Source: Rhodospirillaceae bacterium
Lineage (GTDB): Bacteria; Pseudomonadota; Alphaproteobacteria; UBA6615
DNA length: 64,000 bases
Assembly: GCA_002713365.1 (NCBI GenBank)
Contig: PASR01000011.1
Coordinates: 5,527-69,526 of the forward strand
Direction: 5' to 3'
In this document: positions 11,202 to 22,780 of the stretch, one piece after another
Position numbering within the stretch: the first letter of the stretch is position 1
Layout of the letters: every line of letters begins with the position of its first letter
The notes under the pieces: generated by a model
Seen by the model: the letters and a program-made list of their open reading frames with translations, nothing else
Told to the model about the DNA's origin: nothing
The model's database searches: none
Position numbers and translations under genes: made by a program

Positions 11202-12305
11202 TTATTCCATGATTATTTTAGGAGCTATGCGCGGTTGTTCACCAGACAAGGTATAGATAATTTTATTAGCTATTTGGCTGTAAATATTGGAGTAAGAACT
11301 TTCAGGTTGGCTAATTACCACTGGTTCACCAATATCAGATTTAACTCTAATATCTAGTTCAAGTGGAATTTCTCCAAGAAAATTACAGTTGAGCTTTTCT
11401 GCTTCTATTTTAGCTCCTCCGTGTCCAAAAATGTCAGTTCTATGGCCGCAATTAGGACATAGAAAAGTACTCATATTTTCAATTATACCGAGTACTGGAA
11501 CATTAACCTTTTGAAACATGTTAAGTCCTTTTCGGGCATCGATTAAGGCAATATCTTGCGGGGTTGATACTATGATAGCGCCAGCAAGAGGGACACGCTG
11601 TGCCATAGTAAGTTGAGCATCTCCAGTTCCCGGAGGCATATCCACAACTAAAATATCTATTTTACCCCAGTTTACATCTCTAAGCATTTGTTCCAAGGCA
11701 CCCATTACCATAGGTCCGCGCCATATCATCGGTGTTTCTTCATCAATAAGAAAACCAATCGACATTAACTTTATTCCATGTTTTTCCATAGGTGCAATTT
11801 GTTTGTTTGGCAAAGGCTTTGGTTTTCCTTTAATGCCCAACATACGTGGGATGGAAGGTCCATAAATATCTGCATCTAACAAACCAACACTGAGACCGAT
11901 CTTTTCCATAGACAGTGCTAAATTTACTGCTGTGGTAGATTTACCTACTCCTCCTTTACCACTAGCAACAGCTACGATCCATTTAACGTCTGGTGCTAAT
12001 TCCTTTTGATTATTGGTTTCTTTTGGTTTTACCTTAGATTCAGAATTCGGAGCAGTTTTGTGAGCTGTAAGGGCTACTGTAGCAGTTGAAACCCCTGGTA
12101 AATCTAGAATTTTTACTTCTGCCGCTCGCCTAAGCGGTTCCATTATTTCTTTTTCGGAAGGATTAATTTCAATAACAAAACTTACATTTCTATCTTTTAA
12201 AATTAGGTTATTAACCATATTTTTCTCTAGGATATTTTTATCCGTATTAGGGACATCTAATTCCGCAAGGGCAGCCCAAATATCGTCTTCCGAAATGGCT
12301 GTCAT
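11202..12305 (-). CDS. mrp: Mrp/ApbC Fe-S cluster carrier ATPase
   Basis: SGKGGVGKST, DADIYGPS, WRGPM, DMPPGTGD and CPNC. Confidence 0.95.
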   Translation of the reverse strand: MTAISEDDIWAALAELDVPNTDKNILEKNMVNNLILKDRNVSFVIEINPSEKEIMEPLRRAAEVKILDLPGVSTATVALTAHKTAPNSESKVKPKETNNQKELAPDVKWIVAVASGKGGVGKSTTAVNLALSMEKIGLSVGLLDADIYGPSIPRMLGIKGKPKPLPNKQIAPMEKHGIKLMSIGFLIDEETPMIWRGPMVMGALEQMLRDVNWGKIDILVVDMPPGTGDAQLTMAQRVPLAGAIIVSTPQDIALIDARKGLNMFQKVNVPVLGIIENMSTFLCPNCGHRTDIFGHGGAKIEAEKLNCNFLGEIPLELDIRVKSDIGEPVVISQPESSYSNIYSQIANKIIYTLSGEQPRIAPKIIME

Positions 12306-12507
12306 ATTAGTAAACTCCTATTTAGTATAAATATCTTCATTAAATTCATTGCTTATCTGGCAATAAACACAATATGGGTATGGTATAGGCTTTATAACAC
12401 TCATTGAAAAGATTAGGCTTTAGTTTCATCTATAGAATATATTATAATTTCAATTCCTATTCTATGGATGTAAAATTAGTGATTTAATACTGACAGGGGA
12501 TTAACGG

Positions 12508-13641
12508 ATGTCGTGGAATAACCAAGGTAGTGGGGGCGGTGGCCCATGGGGCGGTGGCCCAAAAGGACAATGGCCTCCTAGCAGTGGAGGTGGTGGGGGT
12601 AGTGCCACGCCGCCAAATATTGAAGAAATACTGCGTCGTAGTCAGGATAAGCTAAAACGCTTTTTGCCGGGAGGCTTTGGAAGTGGCCGCTCTATTGCTC
12701 TTTTAATTGTGGGTTTAGTAGCTTTATGGTTAATGAGCGGGCTATATAGGGTTCAACCTGATGAGCAAGGTGTTGAGCTGCTATTTGGCAAATGGGACGG
12801 TGTTATTACAGAGTCTGGTCTTCACTGGCGCTGGCCTGCGCCTATAGGCGAAGTACAAACACCTAAAGTTACTGTAATTAATCGAGTTAATATTGGCTTT
12901 CAAGACAGTAGTGATCTTGGAGGGCGTGTATCTGGATCTAGAGATGTTCCACGTGAAAGCTTAATGTTGACAGGAGATCAAAATATCGCAGATGTAGATT
13001 TTACAGTGCAGTGGCGTATAATTAACGCCGGTAATTATCTATTTAATATTCGTGATCCTGAGGCAACTGTTAAGCTTGTTGCTGAAAGTGTTATGCGTGA
13101 AGTTGTGGGACAGACTAAACTTGATGATTTAATTACTACTGCACGTGAGCAAGTACAGGGACAGGCAAGAGTATTACTTCAGCAAGTGCTTGATGGGTAC
13201 GGTGCTGGGATAGGTATAGAGCGTATTCAGCTGCAGCTGACTAGCCCACCTCCGCCAGTAATTGATGCATTTAATGATGTTCAACGGGCTCGACAAGATA
13301 AAGAAAGGCTTCAAAATGAAGCCGAAGCATACCAAAACAGAATAGTTCCAACTGCACGTGGTGAAGCGGCAAGTGTTATTGAGGAAGCTACAGCATACAA
13401 AGAGAGAGTTACCAAAGAAGCAGAGGGAGAGGGTGCTAGGTTTAAAGAAATCTATCAATCTTATCTTATAGCTCCAGATATAACACGAAGGCGTTTATAT
13501 ATTGAGACCCTAAGAGACGTTTTGAAGGAAGCAAATAAGGTGATTATTGATGAAGGAGCTGAAGGTGGGCAAGGCGTTGTACCCTATTTACCTCTCAACG
13601 AAATCAACCGTAATCGTAATACCGATAGTGGAGGCCAATAA
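12508..13641 (+). CDS. hflK: FtsH modulator HflK
   Basis: Gly-rich MSWNNQG...GPWG N-terminus, ESLMLTGDQNI and C-terminal VVPYLPL. Confidence 0.95.
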   Translation: MSWNNQGSGGGGPWGGGPKGQWPPSSGGGGGSATPPNIEEILRRSQDKLKRFLPGGFGSGRSIALLIVGLVALWLMSGLYRVQPDEQGVELLFGKWDGVITESGLHWRWPAPIGEVQTPKVTVINRVNIGFQDSSDLGGRVSGSRDVPRESLMLTGDQNIADVDFTVQWRIINAGNYLFNIRDPEATVKLVAESVMREVVGQTKLDDLITTAREQVQGQARVLLQQVLDGYGAGIGIERIQLQLTSPPPPVIDAFNDVQRARQDKERLQNEAEAYQNRIVPTARGEAASVIEEATAYKERVTKEAEGEGARFKEIYQSYLIAPDITRRRLYIETLRDVLKEANKVIIDEGAEGGQGVVPYLPLNEINRNRNTDSGGQ

Positions 13642-14543
13642 TGTCAAGAGTTAAGTTAGCAATATTTGGTGCCATCATTATTGCGCTAGGTATTATAATT
13701 AGTGTTTCTGTATTTACAGTCCGTGAAACGGAGCAGGCCTTGGTTTTGCAGTTTGGACAATGGAAACGTACAGCTTCTGATCCTGGTATACAGTTTAAAT
13801 GGGCTTGGCAGAGCGCTCAAAAATTTGAAAAGAGAGTGTTGAGCGTAGATCCGCCGGCGGAAGAAGTACTGTTAAGTGATCAAAAGCGTATTTTAGTTGA
13901 TGCTTTTGCACGTTATAAAATTAAAGACCCCTTGAAGTTTTTTCAAACGGTTCGTACAGAATCAACTTTTCAAAACAGGTTTGGTAATATTCTTACCTCA
14001 ACGGTGAAGGAGGTAGTTGCTCAGCAGGCTCTTGAGGATATGTTATCTGAGAAGCGAAACTCAATAATGGAAACAATACGAGATAGCGTTGCTAAAAACT
14101 CTGTTAGTTTTGGAATCGAAGTTGTTGATATACGTATTGGGAGGTCTGAATTGCCTGAAGCAGTCTCTCAGAACGTATATGATCGTATGCGTACTGAGAG
14201 AGAACGTGAAGCTAACTTGCTGCGTGCGGAAGGTGAAGAGAATGCAAGGCGTATACGTGCCACTGCAGATAGGCAACAAGTTGAGATTGTTGCTGAGGCA
14301 GAACGAGAAGCACAAGTTTTAAGAGGTAATGGTGACGCCGCACGTAATGGTATTCTTGGTGAGGCTTATGGCAAAGATCCTGAATTTTTTGAGTTTTTTA
14401 GATCTCTTGAGGCATATCGGGAGACTTTTTCAGATCCCGGTACTACTATGCTTTTAAAGCCTGATAGTGACTTTTTTCGTTACTTTGGTGATGTCGGTGG
14501 ATTGCCTGAAAGAAGATCCTCGGGAGCTACAAAAAGAAAATAG
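13641..14543 (+). CDS. hflC: FtsH modulator HflC
   Basis: SPFH protein with RMRTERERE and DPEFFEFFRSLEAY. TAATG overlap with hflK. Confidence 0.95.
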   Translation: MSRVKLAIFGAIIIALGIIISVSVFTVRETEQALVLQFGQWKRTASDPGIQFKWAWQSAQKFEKRVLSVDPPAEEVLLSDQKRILVDAFARYKIKDPLKFFQTVRTESTFQNRFGNILTSTVKEVVAQQALEDMLSEKRNSIMETIRDSVAKNSVSFGIEVVDIRIGRSELPEAVSQNVYDRMRTEREREANLLRAEGEENARRIRATADRQQVEIVAEAEREAQVLRGNGDAARNGILGEAYGKDPEFFEFFRSLEAYRETFSDPGTTMLLKPDSDFFRYFGDVGGLPERRSSGATKRK

Positions 14544-14597
14544 AGATATATGATTTGTATTTAATTGTTTTTCTATGTTAGGGCTATGCATTGGTTG

Positions 14598-14655
14598 TAA
14601 ATTATTTAGGCAGAGTTTTGTTAATCTTAGATTTTAAGCCTGCCTAAATAATTTA
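14598..14655. repeat. Perfect 16-bp inverted repeat (hairpin) between hflC and degP
   Basis: TAAATTATTTAGGCAG (14598-14613) and CTGCCTAAATAATTTA (14640-14655) with a 26-nt spacer. Confidence 0.8.
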
Positions 14656-14876
14656 AGTGAGTATTTCTTTGTTAGATTTGTCGCGGTAAAGCCTGAGTCG
14701 TGCCCTAATTCAAACATATTAGAAATCTAAATTAGCCTTACTAAATATGGGATTAATAACTTAGTGCTTTTTGTGCATTATTCTAAGTAGTTATATTTTA
14801 ACTTGGCAAGTTAGCTAGGAAAATTACAAAGTAAATTAGTTTGATAATTAGTTTATTAATAGGAGAAATGAAAAAA

Positions 14877-16385
14877 ATGCTGTCCAGACAAACCCATGAT
14901 GTTCATAGGGCTTTTAAGAAGATGGTCAAAATTAATTTTTGTCTGAGCTCCTATTTGTGGATATCATATTTTATAGTTGCTCTTACTTTATTTGCACTGC
15001 CTGTTAGCGCCAGATCAACTCCTGATTCATTTGCTGATTTAGCGCAGAAACTCTCGCCAGCAGTAGTTAATATATCGAGTTCACAATTAATTAGCAAAAA
15101 CCCTAGACAAGGACTTCCTAAAGCTCCTCCAGGTTCTCCTTTCGAAGATTTTTTTAAGGAATTTCTTGAAAAAAATAGGAAGGATGGAGGACGTCGTCAG
15201 GCGACTTCTTTGGGTTCCGGTTTTATAATTGATAAATCAGGTTTTGTTGTAACCAATAATCATGTGATTGCAGAAGCAGATGAAATTAAAGTTAAGCTGC
15301 ATGATGATAGTATTCACGTTGCAAAATTAATAGGACGAGACCCTAAGACTGATTTAGCCTTATTAAAAATTGAACCTAAGAAAGACTTGCCTTTTGTTAG
15401 CTGGGGTAACTCTAAGTCTGCAAGGGTGGGTGATTGGGTTCTCGCCATAGGGAATCCATTCGGACTTGGTGGAACCGTAACAGCAGGTATTATTTCCGCA
15501 AGACAAAGGGATATTAGACAGGGGCCCTATGATAGTTTTTTACAAACTGATGCTTCTATTAATAGGGGAAATTCTGGCGGGCCTATGTTTAATATGAGAG
15601 GCAAGGTAATTGGTGTTAATACTGCTATATTCTCTCCAACTGGAGGAAGTGTGGGGGTTGGGTTTTCTATTCCATCTTCTATTGCTAAGAGTGTTGTAGC
15701 TCAATTGAAAGAGTTTGGTCGTACTAAACGAGGCTGGCTTGGAGTTAGGATTCAAGAGGTTACTTCTGAAATAGCTGATAGCTTGGGTCTTGAAAAAACT
15801 ATAGGCGCACTTGTTGCAGAGGTTTCAGTTGGAGGACCTGCAGAGAAGAGTAATATTTTAGCAGGAGACGTAATTTTACGGTTTGATGGTAAGACAGTTC
15901 AACAGATGCGCGATCTTCCAAGAATAGTTGCTGAAACTAGAATTGGAAAACCAGTAAAGGTTGATGTTTGGCGAAAAGGTAAGCGGCAGATTATTAATGT
16001 ACTTGTAGGAGAGCTGGAAGAAGAGAAACCCGTTCTAAGTGCTACATCTCCTGCAGAAAGTTCTGGTAAGCCTAAAAACAGCGAAATAGAATCAATTGGT
16101 TTGGCGGTTACTGAAATTACAAAATCAATGCGTGAACAATATAATGTACCAGATGATATAAGAGGTGTATTGGTTACAGGTGTTGTAGCTGGATCAGGAT
16201 CAGCTGAGAAAGGTCTTAAGCCTGGTGATATCATTGTAGAAGTAAATCAGGAAGAGGTTTCTCTCCCTGGTCAGATAACCGCAAAAATAAATCAAGCAAT
16301 AAAAAATGGTCGAAATTCTATACTGTTATTAGTGAATCGTAATGGAACTTTAAGATTTCATGCAGTACGTATCGATAAGAACTAA
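14877..16385 (+). CDS. degP: DegP/DegQ (HtrA) periplasmic serine protease with two PDZ domains
   Basis: SLGSGFII, TNNHV, DLALLK and TDASINRGNSGGP. Start is uncertain (14868 or 14877 after AGGAG). Confidence 0.93.
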   Translation: MLSRQTHDVHRAFKKMVKINFCLSSYLWISYFIVALTLFALPVSARSTPDSFADLAQKLSPAVVNISSSQLISKNPRQGLPKAPPGSPFEDFFKEFLEKNRKDGGRRQATSLGSGFIIDKSGFVVTNNHVIAEADEIKVKLHDDSIHVAKLIGRDPKTDLALLKIEPKKDLPFVSWGNSKSARVGDWVLAIGNPFGLGGTVTAGIISARQRDIRQGPYDSFLQTDASINRGNSGGPMFNMRGKVIGVNTAIFSPTGGSVGVGFSIPSSIAKSVVAQLKEFGRTKRGWLGVRIQEVTSEIADSLGLEKTIGALVAEVSVGGPAEKSNILAGDVILRFDGKTVQQMRDLPRIVAETRIGKPVKVDVWRKGKRQIINVLVGELEEEKPVLSATSPAESSGKPKNSEIESIGLAVTEITKSMREQYNVPDDIRGVLVTGVVAGSGSAEKGLKPGDIIVEVNQEEVSLPGQITAKINQAIKNGRNSILLLVNRNGTLRFHAVRIDKN

Positions 16386-16443
16386 TGAAAATCATTACTT
16401 AATTTAATTATTGTAAAAGATTAGAGTTTATGAGGGTTATAAT

Positions 16444-17718
16444 TTGACACATACAAGTGATACAACTGTTTATCATTCGCGTCTAATTTATCCCTTTCAA
16501 GGGTTACGACCCCAGACAGAATCAGTTGATGAGGTCGCAGCACCGCCCTATGATGTTTTATCTAGTTCTGAAGCTCGTCTACTAGCACATGATAAGCCGC
16601 TAAGCTTTCTTCACATATCAAAACCGGAAATTGATTTACCAGAAGGCACTGATCCATTTTCTAATGCTGTTTATGAAAAGGGTGCAGAAAATATATGCAG
16701 TATGCTTGAATCTGGGGTCTTAGTTAAAGATAAGAATTCTTGCTATTATATTTATAGATTAGAAACTGAAAACCACAGGCAAACCGGGTTGGTAGGTGTT
16801 GCTCCTATAAGCGCCTACGATGAAAATCGTATTCGAAAGCACGAATTTACACGGCCAGATAAAGAGACTGACCGGGTAAAACAAATCGATTATGTTAATG
16901 CACAAACTGGACCTGTGTTACTGGTACATCGACCCTCAGAACCTATTTCTATGATTTTACATGAAATTACTATGGGGCCATCACTTTATGAGGTTGAGTT
17001 AAGTGATGGAGTTAAACACTCATTATGGCTTGTTGAAGATAGTGCAGTTAAAAGCCGTATAGACACAGCTTATGAAGATTTGGATTGTTTATATATAGCT
17101 GACGGTCACCATCGCTCGGCTGCTGCTTCGCGGGTATGTGATATTAGACGAAGTGCTAATCCTAATCATAATGGCAGCGAGGCTTATAATAGGTTTTTGA
17201 TTGTGGCTTTTCCATCTAATGAATTACAAATATTAGATTATAATCGTATTGTTCTCGACTTGAATAATCTATCTTCGGATAATTTTCTCGATCGATTAAA
17301 TAAAGATTTTGAGGTTATACATTCTGATCATCCAGTAAAACCCAATTGTCGAGAAGTTTTTGGTATGTATTTAGAAAAGAATTGGTATAAACTTAAATTA
17401 CGTGTATCTCCTCGCAGAGAAATATCTATTATAGAGCAGTTGGACGTCCGTATATTATCTGATCGTATATTAGAGCCAATACTAGGGGTTGGTGACTTAC
17501 GTACCGATCCACGCATTAATTTTGTGGGAGGTGTTCGCGGTCTTGAAGAACTAGAACTAAGCGTTGATAGTGGAAAATGGGAAGTTGCATTTTCTCTTTT
17601 TCCAACAGAGATAGAAGATTTAATGACTGTTGCTGATATAGGCGAAGTGATGCCACCAAAATCAACTTGGTTTGAACCTAAGCTTGCTGATGGATTAGTT
17701 TCATACCCTATAGAATAA
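16444..17718 (+). CDS. DUF1015 family protein (ParB/Srx-like ADGHHR motif)
   Basis: PPYDV, SFLHISKPE, IRKHEFT, YIADGHHR and MPPKSTWFEPKL. Confidence 0.85.
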   Translation: MTHTSDTTVYHSRLIYPFQGLRPQTESVDEVAAPPYDVLSSSEARLLAHDKPLSFLHISKPEIDLPEGTDPFSNAVYEKGAENICSMLESGVLVKDKNSCYYIYRLETENHRQTGLVGVAPISAYDENRIRKHEFTRPDKETDRVKQIDYVNAQTGPVLLVHRPSEPISMILHEITMGPSLYEVELSDGVKHSLWLVEDSAVKSRIDTAYEDLDCLYIADGHHRSAAASRVCDIRRSANPNHNGSEAYNRFLIVAFPSNELQILDYNRIVLDLNNLSSDNFLDRLNKDFEVIHSDHPVKPNCREVFGMYLEKNWYKLKLRVSPRREISIIEQLDVRILSDRILEPILGVGDLRTDPRINFVGGVRGLEELELSVDSGKWEVAFSLFPTEIEDLMTVADIGEVMPPKSTWFEPKLADGLVSYPIE

Positions 17719-17744
17719 ATTAATCTCTATGGAGATATTAGCCT

Positions 17745-18689
17745 ATGAAGCAGTCCCCGGTCATTGTGATTGGTGGGCCGACTGCCTGCGGCAAGTCTGG
17801 CCTGGCTCTTGCTATTGCAGAAAATTTTGATGGTATTATAGTTAATGCTGACGCAATTCAGGTCTATCGTGACTTAAGAATTCTCACAGCTCGTCCTACT
17901 GAAGATGAAGAAAAAAGAATACCCCATCGTTTATATGGAATTTTAGATGCTAAAGAGAGCTGCTCTGCGGGGACCTGGCAAGCTTTGGCTTTGAAAGAGA
18001 TTGAAAATATTCAAAATATTGGGAAACTGCCAATTATTGTAGGAGGAACAGGCTTATATCTAAAAGCTTTAACTGAAGGAATTGCTCCAATCCCTAAAAT
18101 ACCTCTTTCAGTTCGTAAGTCAGTGCGTGAGTTTTATTCTGAGGTGGGAAAAGCAGAATTTTACACCCAATTTACAAAAAAAGATCCAATTACGGCTGCA
18201 AGGATTCAACCCAATGATGCGCAACGTCTTATGAGAGCTTGGGAGGTAATGGAGGCGACAGGTAAATCAATTTCATTATGGCAAGAAGAAAAAATGCAGT
18301 CACCCAACTTGAAGTTTACTATGGTTGTCGGCACACCACTACGCGAAACTTTGTACGCGGCTTGTGATAAAAGAATTTTCAATATGATCTCTGATGGGGT
18401 TCTGGAAGAGGTTAAGGCATTAATGATACGCTTTCAAAATGAAAAGTTTAATAATCTTCCAGTATTTAAAGCTATTGCGTTTAAGGAGTTCTCTTCCTAT
18501 TTAGCTGGAGACACTACTCTTGATATAGCGATTACTAAAGCACAACAACAAACTAGAAGATATGCTAAACGACAGATGACGTGGTTTAGGAATCAAACCA
18601 ATATTGATGCAGGCAATAAAAAAAGAAATGTAAAGGTTTTGAAATATTCTTACTTGAATCATGATAAAATCATTTCAGATATATCTTGA
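17745..18689 (+). CDS. miaA: tRNA dimethylallyltransferase
   Basis: GPTACGKS, NADAIQVY, VGGTGLY and TRRYAKRQMTWFR. Confidence 0.96.
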   Translation: MKQSPVIVIGGPTACGKSGLALAIAENFDGIIVNADAIQVYRDLRILTARPTEDEEKRIPHRLYGILDAKESCSAGTWQALALKEIENIQNIGKLPIIVGGTGLYLKALTEGIAPIPKIPLSVRKSVREFYSEVGKAEFYTQFTKKDPITAARIQPNDAQRLMRAWEVMEATGKSISLWQEEKMQSPNLKFTMVVGTPLRETLYAACDKRIFNMISDGVLEEVKALMIRFQNEKFNNLPVFKAIAFKEFSSYLAGDTTLDIAITKAQQQTRRYAKRQMTWFRNQTNIDAGNKKRNVKVLKYSYLNHDKIISDIS

Positions 18690-18966
18690 CAACAAAATAT
18701 TTGTTATTATGTTGCGTGCCGGTGTTGAGCAATGGTTTGGATAGTTAGCCAATTTGATGACTTCTGATGGTGTAATATTAATTTCTAGGTTAGAAGTTTT
18801 ATTGTAATATCTAATGCCTATTATAAATATTTGATGGGATACTGAGGTGGGTCAATATTTTTGGGCTTTTTTAAGTAATATTGTTGGTGTAGTGGTATAA
18901 TTATCTTTACGACAGTTTTTGTTAAATTTGGAATCTTTCGGTGAATATTTTGAAAGGTAGTATGGG

Positions 18967-20736
18967 ATGTCTGAAAATCGTATGTCAGGCGCTGAAATAG
19001 TTATAAAAGCGCTTGCCGATCAAGGTGTTGAAGTTATATTTGGTTATCCTGGTGGTGCAGTATTACCATTGTATGATGCAATTTTTAAACAAAATAGAGT
19101 AAAGCATATTTTGGTGCGTCATGAACAAGGTGCTGTTCATATGGCTGAGGGATACGCCCGGTCGACTGGTAAAACTGGCGTGGTACTAGTCACGTCAGGA
19201 CCAGGAGCTACTAACGCGGTAACTGGTTTAACCGACGCTTTGATGGATAGTGTGCCCTTGATATGTTTAACTGGACAAGTTCCTACGCACCTAATTGGTA
19301 ATGATGCTTTTCAAGAAGCAGACACTACAGGCATAACAAGACCTTGCACTAAGCATAACTATTTAGTTAAAGATGTAGCAGACTTACCTTCTGTTATGCA
19401 TGAAGCTTTTTATATAGCTGCATCTGGGCGGCCAGGGCCAGTAGTTATAGACTTACCAAAGGATGTTCAATTTGCTGAGGGTGAGTATATTGGACCTGAA
19501 AAGGTTGAACAACGACATTATCAACCACAAAAAACTGGAGATCCTCAGAGCATTAAAGAGGCGGTCGATTTAATAGCTAAGGCTAAGAGACCAATATTTT
19601 ATATTGGAGGAGGTTGTATCAACTCTGGAATAGCTTCTTGTAGAGCTGTAACTGAGTTGGTCAAGCTCACTGGCTATCCGGCAACTACCACTTTGATGGG
19701 ATTAGGGGCAATTCCATCATCATCACCACAGTGGTTGGGAATGCTGGGTATGCATGGAACTTACGAGGCTAATCTAGCTATGCATGGGTGTGATGTCATG
19801 ATTGCGGTTGGCGCTAGATTCGATGATAGAGTAACTGGTCGAATTGATGCTTTTTCTCCAGGGTCTAAAAAAATACATATTGATATTGACCCAAGCTCCA
19901 TTAACAAAAATGTTGCAGTAGATATACCTATTATTGGAGATATTGGATCAGTAATTAGTCAAATGCTGGATGTATGGAAAAAGAAATCTCCTAAAATAGA
20001 TGGTAAAGCAATAGAAAATTGGTGGAAACAATTAGACGAATGGAGATCCGTTGATTGTTTGCAATATGAGCAAGGCTCATCACCCAAAGATTCTATTAAG
20101 CCGCAATATGCAATTCAAAGATTATATGAGCTTACTAAGGATCGTGAGACTTTTATTACCACAGAGGTTGGTCAGCATCAAATGTGGGCGGCTCAATTTT
20201 ATAAATTTGAAGAACCAAATCATTGGATGACTTCTGGCGGTCTTGGAACAATGGGTTATGGGCTGCCGGCAGCAATTGGCGTTCAGGTTGCTCACCCAGA
20301 TAAGTTGGTTGTGGACATTGCTGGCGAAGGTTCAACAATGATGAATATACAGGAATTGGGAACTATGGCCCAATACAACTTACCAGTTAAGGTTTTTATC
20401 ATTAATAACGAATGGCTTGGAATGGTACGTCAATGGCAAGAATTGCTTCATGGTGGAAGATATGCTGAATCATACTCAGCAGGTTTACCAGACTTTATTA
20501 AACTTGCTGAATCTTATGGAATGACAGGGTTACGAGCAACACAACCTGATCAAGTTGATAGTGTCATTGCTCAGATGTTGGAAACGCCTGGACCAGTAAT
20601 AGTGGATATGGTTGTTTCAAAGGAAGAAAATTGCCTGCCTATGATCCCTGGAGGAGCAGCCCATAATGAAATATTACTGGGTCTTAATGAACATGAAGAA
20701 CAGACACAATCTGAAGATGGAATGGTACTGGTATAG
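18967..20736 (+). CDS. ilvI: Acetolactate synthase large subunit
   Basis: FGYPGGAVLP, RHEQGA, TSGPGATN, GQHQMWAAQ and GMVRQWQ. Confidence 0.96.
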   Translation: MSENRMSGAEIVIKALADQGVEVIFGYPGGAVLPLYDAIFKQNRVKHILVRHEQGAVHMAEGYARSTGKTGVVLVTSGPGATNAVTGLTDALMDSVPLICLTGQVPTHLIGNDAFQEADTTGITRPCTKHNYLVKDVADLPSVMHEAFYIAASGRPGPVVIDLPKDVQFAEGEYIGPEKVEQRHYQPQKTGDPQSIKEAVDLIAKAKRPIFYIGGGCINSGIASCRAVTELVKLTGYPATTTLMGLGAIPSSSPQWLGMLGMHGTYEANLAMHGCDVMIAVGARFDDRVTGRIDAFSPGSKKIHIDIDPSSINKNVAVDIPIIGDIGSVISQMLDVWKKKSPKIDGKAIENWWKQLDEWRSVDCLQYEQGSSPKDSIKPQYAIQRLYELTKDRETFITTEVGQHQMWAAQFYKFEEPNHWMTSGGLGTMGYGLPAAIGVQVAHPDKLVVDIAGEGSTMMNIQELGTMAQYNLPVKVFIINNEWLGMVRQWQELLHGGRYAESYSAGLPDFIKLAESYGMTGLRATQPDQVDSVIAQMLETPGPVIVDMVVSKEENCLPMIPGGAAHNEILLGLNEHEEQTQSEDGMVLV

Positions 20737-20780
20737 GCTAGTAATACTTTCTTATTCCGTTTTATAAGTACGAGTGTAAA

Positions 20781-21296
20781 ATGAAAAATAATATTGAACG
20801 ACATGTTCTGGCAGTACTAGTTGATAATGAACCTGGCGTATTAGCTAGAGTTGTTGGTCTATTCTCAGGTCGCGGCTATAATATTGAAAGTTTAACTGTT
20901 GCTACGGTAAGTGAAGATGATTCATCTTCAAGAATAAATGTAGTGACATCGGGTACTCCAATGATTATTGAGCAGATTAAGGCACAGTTGGAACGCTTAG
21001 TTCCTGTACAAGAGGTTAATGATTTAACAGCTGAGGGACCTCATGTTGAACATGAGTTTATATTGATAAAAATTACTAATACCGGTCCCGAAAGGCTAGA
21101 AGCCTTGCGTATTGCCGATATATTTCGTGCTAGAGTTGTCGACACAGCGGTAGATTCTTTTGTTTTTTCTATAAATGGTTCACCTGAAAAAATTGAGAGT
21201 TTTTTAGAGTTGATGCGTAATCTTGGAATGGTTGAAATTGCTCGATCAGGAGTTGTTGCGATAAAACGTGGAGAAAAAAGAATAGATAATGATTAA
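20781..21296 (+). CDS. ilvH: Acetolactate synthase small regulatory subunit
   Basis: VDNEPGVLARVVGLFSGRGYNIESLTV ACT domain. Confidence 0.96.
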   Translation: MKNNIERHVLAVLVDNEPGVLARVVGLFSGRGYNIESLTVATVSEDDSSSRINVVTSGTPMIIEQIKAQLERLVPVQEVNDLTAEGPHVEHEFILIKITNTGPERLEALRIADIFRARVVDTAVDSFVFSINGSPEKIESFLELMRNLGMVEIARSGVVAIKRGEKRIDND

Positions 21297-21390
21297 TTTT
21301 TTTTAAGTCATTTTAAAGTCCGCGTTGGCAAATGGTACTTCGACATGTAAATAACATTTATTATTGAACATTTAGATTTAAAAATTATAA

Positions 21391-22434
<1,044 letters not shown>

Positions 22435-22780
22435 ATATTTATAGGTATAAGGTAATAAATTTAACTATAAAAAAAATAGATATTTTCGTATTTATTATAT
22501 TTTATAGGCATAATTTTTAATAAAATCATTGCGGTAAACAATAAAAAGGGCCTAGAACTAAGTAATTAATATTAATTTTTTGATAAATTGCTTACTTAGT
22601 ATTTGCATGTTTAAATTTTTATGGGTTAGTGGTTGAGTAGATTTATGACTAACTCAGATGAACTTAGATAAGGAATTATAGAGATTGCGTCATTTATTTG
22701 CGGGGTATGAAGTGAATAGATTTTCGAAAATTTTTTTCTATTCCATATTAATAAGTAGGTTTTTTTATTTTACGAAGAAG

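Noticed and set aside
12508..12620. G-rich repetitive stretch at the start of hflK
   Set aside because: It encodes the normal Gly/Pro-rich HflK N-terminus and is not a repeat element.
18732..18767. Possible ilv leader peptide MVWIVSQFDDF upstream of ilvI
   Set aside because: Only three Val/Ile codons, no ribosome-binding site and no terminator/antiterminator hairpins, so it is probably chance.
22435..22700. Very AT-rich gap between ilvC and leuA as a pseudogene or array
   Set aside because: No recognisable coding remnant or regularly spaced repeats. TTAA-type motifs are uninformative at this base composition.
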